Below are positions 57,014-64,000 of a stretch of DNA of 64,000 nucleotides, one piece after another (position 1 is the first letter of the stretch; each line of letters begins with the position of its first letter). This DNA is from a candidate division WOR-3 bacterium (lineage in GTDB: Bacteria; Hydrothermota; Hydrothermia; LBFQ01), in NCBI GenBank assembly GCA_027050205.1, contig JALUCS010000093.1, forward strand, positions 35,533-99,532, written 5' to 3'. The position numbers and the translations under genes are program-made. The notes beneath the pieces were generated by a model. It had not been told where the DNA came from. It was given only the letters and a program-made list of their open reading frames with translations, and did no database searches.

Positions 57014-58293
57014 TACACCTCAACAGCCTCATATCGGCCCTGAAGGAACCGGTACTCGTACTGGACAGGGAGCGCACCATCATAGAGGCAGGAGGGGGGA
57101 TAGGGGAGATGGGGTACAGGCGGGATTTCCTCGTCGGTAAGTCCATAGATGCCTTAGTTGCTCCCCCCTTCAGGAGGCCGGTGGAGGCTACGATAGATAC
57201 GGCCTTCCGTCTGGGTAAGCCCACGTCGGCCAAGGTGGAGATCCTCAACGCCTCCTCCGAGTCCATCCCCGTTGAGATGAGGGTAAGTCCGTTAGAGGAC
57301 AAGGGACACGTACGTTTCGCCGTCCTCCTCTACCCTAACAGTCGTCTGGATTACGACCTCTTGAAGTCGCTGGACGTACCCGTGTGGATAACCGACAGGA
57401 AGGGGAACCTGATATTCCGGAACGATAGGGCGGCCCGCATCCTACAGGAGGTGCGGAACCTCCTACCGGAGAACGGCCAGGAGGTGAGGGTGGGAGAGGA
57501 GGAGTTCATCGCCAAGGTGAGGGAGGTGGTGGACGGCTTCCGGAGGGTGAGGCTGGTGGTCTTAACGAGCGTCTGTGCTGCCTACAACCCCTACATAAGG
57601 AAGTTCGCCGTGGCGGGTATTCTATCGGCCCTCGTATCCCACGACGTCAAGAACGCCATAGCCTCTCTGATGCTCCTTACGGACCTTATAGAGGACGAGT
57701 CCCTAAAGACCCGCATCTACAACGGCATAAGGAGGGTCTATCACATCCACCAGAGGATCCTGAACCTCGCCCGTGGGAGGAAGGAGTTGGAGGAGGTCCC
57801 CCTAAAGGACGTATTGGAGGACGTGGAGGAGGACCTGCGTCCCAAGCTCATACGGAAGAACGTCAAGATAGTTAGGGACTTCCCGGAGGATTTTACCATC
57901 CGTACCGATAGGAACGCCCTCTACGAGATACTCCTAAACCTCGTCTCCAACGCCATAGACGCCTCCACCCCCGGCGGTGAGGTCATCGTGTCGGCCGGGG
58001 TCTCCCACAACGTCTCCCTCGGTAGGTTGGAGAGGTACGTGAGCGTCAGGGACTTCGGTCCGGGGATCCCACCGGAGAGGGTCCGCAGGATCTTCAACCT
58101 GTTCTTCACCTCCAAGAGGGAGGGGTCGGGTCTCGGCCTGTTCATAGTTAAGACCTTGAGCGAGAGCATAGGGGCGAGGGTGTCGGTCAGGAGCGAGCCG
58201 GGGAAGGGGGCGGAGTTCGTCGTTTTCTTCCCGGAGGATGAAGCTAAAGGATCTAACGGGGTGTCTGGTGCAGGACCTTCGGGATCTTCTTGA
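57010..58293 (+). CDS. Cytoplasmic PAS-PAS histidine kinase
   Basis: SHDVKN H box, NLVSNAIDA, DFGPGI, FFTSK, GSGLGL; no TM segment. Confidence 0.9.
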   Translation: MIHLNSLISALKEPVLVLDRERTIIEAGGGIGEMGYRRDFLVGKSIDALVAPPFRRPVEATIDTAFRLGKPTSAKVEILNASSESIPVEMRVSPLEDKGHVRFAVLLYPNSRLDYDLLKSLDVPVWITDRKGNLIFRNDRAARILQEVRNLLPENGQEVRVGEEEFIAKVREVVDGFRRVRLVVLTSVCAAYNPYIRKFAVAGILSALVSHDVKNAIASLMLLTDLIEDESLKTRIYNGIRRVYHIHQRILNLARGRKELEEVPLKDVLEDVEEDLRPKLIRKNVKIVRDFPEDFTIRTDRNALYEILLNLVSNAIDASTPGGEVIVSAGVSHNVSLGRLERYVSVRDFGPGIPPERVRRIFNLFFTSKREGSGLGLFIVKTLSESIGARVSVRSEPGKGAEFVVFFPEDEAKGSNGVSGAGPSGSS

Positions 58294-58990
58294 GGTCGCC
58301 TCCCGTATCTTGGGTAAGAGCGTAGCCCTCCTTACGGTAGAGGATTTGAGAGGTATAGAACTGGCGAAGGTCTTAGACGTCTTCCTCTCCCATCCCAAGG
58401 GGTACCCCGTCCCCTACATCGTGCGCGAGGTGGCCTTTTACGGGCGGTCGTTCTACGTGGACAGCAGGGTCCTGGTGCCGAGGAGCGAGACGGAGGAGTT
58501 GGTGGATATAGTCCTGTCCCTCGGAGTGAGGCCGAGGAGGATAGCCGACGTAGGTACGGGGAGCGGCGTCCTGGGTATAACCCTCAAGCTACTCTTCCCG
58601 GATAGTACGGTGATCCTGACCGACCTGTCCGTAGGGGCGCTCCGGGTTGCCAGGATCAACGCCCGAAGGCACGGGGCGGATGTCCTCTTGGTGGCGACGG
58701 ACCTCCTGTCAGCCCTGCGGGGTGGGTTAGACCTGATCGTTAGCAATCCCCCGTACGTCCCCGAAGATGAGGTTGGACGGTACGATAGGAGGGTCCTCTA
58801 CGAACCGCGGGAGGCCTTAGTAGGAGGGAGGACGGGCTTTGAGATAACGGAGAGGCTCATAGGTCAGTCTATGGAGAGGCTCACACCGGGGGGCTACCTG
58901 ATCCTAGAGAGCGACCCGTCCCACTTCCACAGGTTCCCTCCGGGTACGGAGTTCGTCGGTAGGTTCGCCATCCTACGGAGGTCAGGGTAG
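58238..58990 (+). CDS. prmC: Release factor glutamine methyltransferase
   Basis: VLVPRSETEELV, DVGTGSG, SNPPY, EP..AL. Confidence 0.9.
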   Translation: MKLKDLTGCLVQDLRDLLEVASRILGKSVALLTVEDLRGIELAKVLDVFLSHPKGYPVPYIVREVAFYGRSFYVDSRVLVPRSETEELVDIVLSLGVRPRRIADVGTGSGVLGITLKLLFPDSTVILTDLSVGALRVARINARRHGADVLLVATDLLSALRGGLDLIVSNPPYVPEDEVGRYDRRVLYEPREALVGGRTGFEITERLIGQSMERLTPGGYLILESDPSHFHRFPPGTEFVGRFAILRRSG

Positions 58991-60058
58991 GTATTTCGTG
59001 GGGTCTACGGCCTTCCTGCCGGAACCCATTCTGACCTCAAAGTGTAGGGGCCTCCTGCCCACCGTCCCTATCTTCTGGCCCTTTTTGACCCTCTGGTTGA
59101 GCCTGACTGTCACCTTTCGGAGGTTGGCGTAGACGGTGAAGAACCCGTCGTGTTCAAGGATCACTACCTCACCGTACCCCTCTAACCTCCCGGCATACAC
59201 CACCTTGCCACCCTCGGCCGCCACGACCTCCGCCCCGTAGGGGGCGGCTACGTCTATCCCCGAACTCTTCAACCTGACCCCGTAGCGGGGGTCGGTGTAG
59301 TACCCGAAACCCCTGACCACCCTACCCCTAACCGGCCACATCAACTTACCCTTGGGTTTGGCCTTCTTTCCCGACCTTATCTTCTTACTTCTCTTGGCGA
59401 GTTTCTTGAGGATTCCCTCCAGACGTTTCGCCCTCGCCTTGAGGCGGGAGACGTACCTTTCCTTCTCCCTCCTGCTTCTCCTTATCTTCCTAACCGTCTC
59501 CTTCAACTCCCTCTCTGTGCGCTGTATCTCCACGAGGGTACTCTCCTGCTCGGCTATGTTCCCCTCTATCTGTTGGAGCAGTTCCTCCCTCCTCCGCTTC
59601 CACCACCGGTGGTCCCGACGGAAGCCCTCTATCTGCAACAGGGCGTTCCTGTACGCGTGGAGGGTGGCCTCCGTAACGGTGGCCCTCTCGTAGATGGCGT
59701 AGGAGCCGCGGGGGTTGAAAATGGCCGCCCACACCGAGGGTACCCTTAGGATGTATAGGAGGTTTATACCCGCCCTTATCTTCCTTAGGAGGGATTCCTC
59801 CTCCCTACTCAACTCCTTCAGTTGCCTATCCGTGAAGCTCAACCTGATCCTTAGCACCCTCTCCTGCTCCTTCAGGACCTGCAGGTAGTTCTCAAGCAGC
59901 TCCCTCTTCCTCTCGTAAAGCTCCACCCTCCCGACCAGATCCCTCTCCCTCCTCTTGAGCCGCTCTATCTCCCTGCTCACCCTCCTTATCTCCCCCTTTA
60001 TCGCCCGCAGCTCCCTCGCGTAGCCCTGGACGGAGTTTCCTAAGACGAACAGAAGCAT
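58982..60058 (-). CDS. envC: EnvC-like coiled-coil M23 protein
   Basis: Coiled coil then WPVRG, SSGID (no HxxxD His), YANL, LHFEVR. Confidence 0.85.
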   Translation of the reverse strand: MLLFVLGNSVQGYARELRAIKGEIRRVSREIERLKRRERDLVGRVELYERKRELLENYLQVLKEQERVLRIRLSFTDRQLKELSREEESLLRKIRAGINLLYILRVPSVWAAIFNPRGSYAIYERATVTEATLHAYRNALLQIEGFRRDHRWWKRRREELLQQIEGNIAEQESTLVEIQRTERELKETVRKIRRSRREKERYVSRLKARAKRLEGILKKLAKRSKKIRSGKKAKPKGKLMWPVRGRVVRGFGYYTDPRYGVRLKSSGIDVAAPYGAEVVAAEGGKVVYAGRLEGYGEVVILEHDGFFTVYANLRKVTVRLNQRVKKGQKIGTVGRRPLHFEVRMGSGRKAVDPTKYLP

Positions 60059-60059
60059 A

Positions 60060-60767
60060 CTACTGCCTTCGGAAACCCTCCGGTACCCTGAACTTTTCGG
60101 ACGGTATCTCCAGGCGTTTTACGGAGACGCGAGTCACTTTTGTGAGGCTACCGCCGAAGGGTGTGAAGGTCACTATGGGGGCGCCGTACTTCTTGAGGAT
60201 CCCCTTTAGGAAGGGAGTTAGATCAGTGAGAATGGCACGGGACTCCGGGGAGTTCAAGGTCCGTTTGGTGAACTCGTTCAGGAAGTTGAGCCGTACCATC
60301 TCCGCCCTGTACAGGGCCTTCCAATCCTTCACGAGCCACCCCTCAACGCTGTCGGGCATAGCCTGTCCCATCGTGGCGAGGAGGCCCTTTAGGTTCCTTA
60401 GGTAGTATATCACCTTCCTCGCCCTGTGGCCGTTTATGGTGCGGTACTCGTCCGTCGGTTTCAGGACCGACCTGTCGACCTCACACTTCCTCCCTCCGTT
60501 GTCGCACCTTACGAAGAGGGCGAGGTAGGCCGTCCCGAAGGTGGAGGCCATGGAGGATATGTCCGTATAGGTCTTATCCCTTAGGTTGAGGGTGTGGGCC
60601 TCTATCCCCTTCCCCTTTACGCGGAGGATTACGACCGTCCCCGTCTTTGGGAACTCTATCCTAAGGGCCTTCTCCGTGATGTAGGTTATCTGGGTGTCCC
60701 TCTCCTCCCCCCTCTCCACCACCTCCACCATCTTGTAGCCCACCAAAGCAGCGATTACGGTAAGCAT
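60060..60767 (-). CDS. Hypothetical exported protein (DUF4412-like)
   Basis: LRIE, KTY, T.EYRTING..ARK, F.VPEGF motifs. Confidence 0.65.
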   Translation of the reverse strand: MLTVIAALVGYKMVEVVERGEERDTQITYITEKALRIEFPKTGTVVILRVKGKGIEAHTLNLRDKTYTDISSMASTFGTAYLALFVRCDNGGRKCEVDRSVLKPTDEYRTINGHRARKVIYYLRNLKGLLATMGQAMPDSVEGWLVKDWKALYRAEMVRLNFLNEFTKRTLNSPESRAILTDLTPFLKGILKKYGAPIVTFTPFGGSLTKVTRVSVKRLEIPSEKFRVPEGFRRQ

Positions 60768-60788
60768 AGAGGGTATTTTAAGGTTTTC

Positions 60789-62969
60789 CTACCGGCGTAT
60801 GACCTTGAGGACCCTCCTGGTATCCCCGGCTCGCAGGACGAGGAAGTACGTCCCTCTACCTATGTTGGACGTCGGTTTCAGGTCGTACCTGCCGGGGGTT
60901 AGGTAGCCGAGGGTCTTCTTGGCGACGAGCTTCCCGGAGGGGGTGTATAGGGCGTACCCGACGTACGTCCCCTTACCGAGGGTGAGCCTTACGGTACCAC
61001 CGAGGACCTCAACGTCCCAGCCCGCCTCCCTTTCGCCGACGGCCAATTCGTCGTCGCCTCCGAGGGGACACTCCACCCTTATGACGAAGGCGTCGGTCAC
61101 GGCCGTGGTCCCGAAGGTGGGGGGCAGGAACTCCGTAAAGTTCCAACCGGCCCCCGTCCAACCCGTTATGTAGGCCGGGCATAGGGAGTCTATGGCGATG
61201 ATGTCCTCCGCCCCGTCCTCCTCGCTGCTCTTGAAGACGTAGGTGATTATGTGGGTGGTCATATCCGGTGTCAGGGCCGTCATAAAGGCCTCGCCGTTCC
61301 CGGAGTAGGAGCCGTACTGGAAATCTACCCTGCTGGGGGCTATGTCGGAGCTGAAGGTCTTCCCTACTAGGAGTACGTCCCCGCTGGGGTCCGCATCCAC
61401 GCCGTAGGCGTAGTCGGCGTCGCTGCCCGCTACTATGGCCGTCGCTACGTGGATGGAGAGGTCGTTGGAGAGCTTTGTAACGAAGGCCTCGTACCCCCCA
61501 GGGGTACCGAAGATCGTCCTACTTGGGGCGTAGGAGGAGTAGTCACCGGTGTATCCGCCGAGGAGGACGTTGCCGGAGTTGTCAAGGTCCATATCCCAGG
61601 CGTAGTCCCAACCGGAGCCGCCCACAACTGCTACGGCGTCTATACCGGACAGGTCCAAGGGCAACTTTACGGCGAAGACGTCCTCACTGCCGGTCGTACC
61701 GAAGACGGTACGGGAGGGGCCGAAGTTCGCACCGTCGGAGGTGGACCCTCCAACGAATATGGAGGAGGAGTCGGTGTCTATCCCCCTAACCCAGTCCATT
61801 CCCGGCCCGCCGAAGATCACCGTCCGTACGTGGGTGGACAGGTCGGTGGAAAGTTCCGTGACGAAGGCGGAGAACACCCCACCGGGGGAACCGATGATGC
61901 TCCTTGAAGGGGCGAAGGTGTAGACGTCTCCCGTGGAACCGCCGACGTAGACGTGTCCCCCGACCACCACGACGTCCCAAGCGAAGTCGTCGTCCGTACT
62001 GGATATGACGGCCGTACCGAGGTGGGTGGAGAGATCCGGGGAGAGTTTGGTAACCGTAGCCTGAAGGGGGGATTGAGGTCCCATCAGGACGCGGGAGGAG
62101 GAGTAGTTCTCCCCGTCCTCGCTCATACCGACGACGAAAACGTTCCCGTAGGAATCCACGGTCAAGCCGTAGGCGAAGTCGTTCTGGGGGCTACCTATTA
62201 TGGCCGTCGCTATGTGGGTGGAGAGGTCGGGCGATAGCTTGGTGACGAACACGTCCGTGTTTCCGGTGTCCCCGAAGACGGTACGGGAGGGGGCGAAATC
62301 CACCGCCCTGTCGGTGTATCCGGCTATGACTACGTTTCCGGAGGGGTCAAGGGCTATGTCCCTCGCGAAGTCGTCCCCTCCCCCTGCAACGAGTACGACG
62401 GCTATGGGGTCTACGACCACCTCCCCACCCTTGGGCCTATTCCCGAGGATGACGAGGAGGCTGTCTCCGGAGGTGCGGAGTTTCAGGGGTACGTCCCGTA
62501 CGGACTCAAAGGCCCGGAACTTCCCGAAGATTACCGTCGTCTTCCCCCTTGACACCTTGAGGTGTCCCCCCTCGTAGGAGAGGTGGGCGCCCGGAAATCG
62601 GAGTACCAAGGTATCCGGTGAGTCCTGGGATAGGAAGATCTGGACCTCAAGGCTGTCGTAGCCTACCGCCGTAAGGAGGAGGTCCGTTCCCCTCGCTACC
62701 CCCTCAAGGCGCACAGCCCGGAAGGTAGGGATGCCGGAGAACTCAAGGTCGTCCTTGAATACGCTGAAGGTCGCACCGGTAGGTCCCTCCCCTCTCACCT
62801 TCACCTTCCCGCCGGGTGCGGTGAGACGCACGTCCCCCATCACTACATCGCCACCCCTAAGGACGTAGATGCCGAAGGGATGGATGCTGTGGAAGGCTAC
62901 CTCCCCGTCCATCTGCCCCCTGTTCCCTACGAACTCCGTCCGGAAGGTTAGGGAGATAAGCAGGAGCAT
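60789..62969 (-). CDS. SBBP-repeat beta-propeller protein with T9SS-like C-terminal tag
   Basis: FVGNRGQ...VVVDP N-domain, about 7 repeats of ~63 aa (FVTKLSPDLSTH), C-terminal LYTPSGKLV...GTYFL; ATG 62969 lies 9 nt after TACAAT. Confidence 0.8.
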   Translation of the reverse strand: MLLLISLTFRTEFVGNRGQMDGEVAFHSIHPFGIYVLRGGDVVMGDVRLTAPGGKVKVRGEGPTGATFSVFKDDLEFSGIPTFRAVRLEGVARGTDLLLTAVGYDSLEVQIFLSQDSPDTLVLRFPGAHLSYEGGHLKVSRGKTTVIFGKFRAFESVRDVPLKLRTSGDSLLVILGNRPKGGEVVVDPIAVVLVAGGGDDFARDIALDPSGNVVIAGYTDRAVDFAPSRTVFGDTGNTDVFVTKLSPDLSTHIATAIIGSPQNDFAYGLTVDSYGNVFVVGMSEDGENYSSSRVLMGPQSPLQATVTKLSPDLSTHLGTAVISSTDDDFAWDVVVVGGHVYVGGSTGDVYTFAPSRSIIGSPGGVFSAFVTELSTDLSTHVRTVIFGGPGMDWVRGIDTDSSSIFVGGSTSDGANFGPSRTVFGTTGSEDVFAVKLPLDLSGIDAVAVVGGSGWDYAWDMDLDNSGNVLLGGYTGDYSSYAPSRTIFGTPGGYEAFVTKLSNDLSIHVATAIVAGSDADYAYGVDADPSGDVLLVGKTFSSDIAPSRVDFQYGSYSGNGEAFMTALTPDMTTHIITYVFKSSEEDGAEDIIAIDSLCPAYITGWTGAGWNFTEFLPPTFGTTAVTDAFVIRVECPLGGDDELAVGEREAGWDVEVLGGTVRLTLGKGTYVGYALYTPSGKLVAKKTLGYLTPGRYDLKPTSNIGRGTYFLVLRAGDTRRVLKVIRR

Positions 62970-63068
62970 AGCACCAGAATTGTAAGGCGGGAAGGCAGGG
63001 TAAAGTGGTTGAGAACGTTTTGCAACTTCCAAATCCTGACCCAATATATCAGGATTAGAATACCTACC

Positions 63069-63320
63069 GTGAGGACGGTAAGATTGAGCGACCTGAAGGG
63101 GGAGGGTGTGGTCCTGACCTTTGACCGGGACGGGACTCTCCGCAGGCGGTTGGTTTCCTTTGGTATATATCCGGGGGCGCGGGTACGGGTGATAAGGAGG
63201 GGACCATTCGGGAACCCCATTGAGGTGATGGTGGGGGGCAGTCTGGTGGCCGTAAGGGAGGATACCGCCCGCGCCGTTGTGGTAAGGGTGGAAAATGGGG
63301 ATGGAGAGAAAGAGGCTTAA
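63069..63320 (+). CDS. feoA: Ferrous iron transport protein A
   Basis: LRRRLVSFGIYPG, GPFGNPIEV; GTG lies 7 nt after TAGAAT. Confidence 0.92.
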   Translation: MRTVRLSDLKGEGVVLTFDRDGTLRRRLVSFGIYPGARVRVIRRGPFGNPIEVMVGGSLVAVREDTARAVVVRVENGDGEKEA

Positions 63321-64000
63321 GGCAGTTTTCGTCGGCAACCCCAACACGGGGAAGAGTACCATCATAAACGCCTTGGCGGGGGCCAACCTGAAGGTTAGCA
63401 ACTGGGCCGGGACGACGGTTGAGAGGCTCTCCGCCACCCTTGAGTACGGGGACACAGTGATGGAGCTGGTGGACCTACCCGGTACCTACGATATACTGCC
63501 CAACAACCTTGAGGAGAGCATAACCTTCAGGGAGCTGCTCCTCTCGGACGCCGACGTGGTCGTGAACGTCTTGGACGCGGGCAACCTTGAGAGGAACCTC
63601 CACGTCACCCTTGAGCTGGCCGAGATGGGCATCCCTATGGTGGTGGTCTTAAATATGGTGGACGAGGCGGAGAGGAAGGGCTACAGGGTCCATCTGGAGG
63701 CCCTTGAGGAGGTCCTGGGGGTACCCGTCCTTACCGCCGTAGCCGTCAAGGGGATAGGCGTAGGGGAGCTGCCCGAAGCCATCCTCAAGGCGAGGGTCCC
63801 CAGGCCCGTCGTACGGTACCCGGAGGACGTAGAGGAGGCGGCGCGGGAGTTGGAGCCTCTTATACCCCACAGAGCGAAGCGGTGGATGGCCCTCGCCCTC
63901 CTGACGGGGGAGTGGGAGGACCCGGACGTACCGGAGGAGGTGAAGGTCAGGGCGGAGGAGCTGCGGAGGAGGTTTGAGGGGAGGGACCTCTTCGTTGAGA
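63301..64000 (+). CDS. feoB: Ferrous iron transport protein B, N-terminal GTPase (3' truncated)
   Basis: Manual translation MERKRLKAVFVGNPNTGKST, NWAGTTVE, DLPGTY, LERNL, LNMVD. Confidence 0.95.
   Translation, partial: MERKRLKAVFVGNPNTGKSTIINALAGANLKVSNWAGTTVERLSATLEYGDTVMELVDLPGTYDILPNNLEESITFRELLLSDADVVVNVLDAGNLERNLHVTLELAEMGIPMVVVLNMVDEAERKGYRVHLEALEEVLGVPVLTAVAVKGIGVGELPEAILKARVPRPVVRYPEDVEEAARELEPLIPHRAKRWMALALLTGEWEDPDVPEEVKVRAEELRRRFEGRDLFVE

Noticed and set aside
61100..62400. DNA-level repeats of about 190 bp
   Set aside because: Explained by the encoded beta-propeller protein repeats
62970..63455. N-terminal extension of the 888-aa ORF
   Set aside because: Antisense to feoA/feoB; the real start is probably ATG 62969 after TACAAT

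Overview
Gene-dense, GC-rich (about 60% by eye) chromosomal segment of a diderm and probably thermophilic bacterium. AGG/ATA codon use, a PDO, a 7Fe ferredoxin and MpgP point to thermophily; T9SS-like C-terminal tags suggest an FCB/WOR-3-like lineage (inference). It holds about 65 mostly housekeeping CDSs: dnaE 3' end, rpmF-plsX, a divergent dnaA, maeB, murB-ftsA-ftsZ-ftsX, hprK, efp-accB, sucD, gatB, pstS, pgk, dut, queC, mglBA, prmC, envC and feoAB. It also has three tRNAs without encoded CCA and a perfect parS site. No transposase, integrase or regular CRISPR array was found. Main observations: (1) exported non-lipoproteins appear to carry only 7-10 aa hydrophobic N-termini, while lipoproteins keep normal signal peptides; (2) TAnAAT boxes sit 6-11 nt before many start codons, suggesting leaderless mRNAs; (3) AT-rich intergenic islands are built from a shared, degenerate ~84-bp element with ~21-22 bp periodicity and satellite motifs, the largest cluster lying directly downstream of an orphan Csm5-like RAMP gene; (4) a FIST-MglB-MglA-PAS kinase module; (5) strong TCGA avoidance. 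All calls are by eye; no database searches were run.
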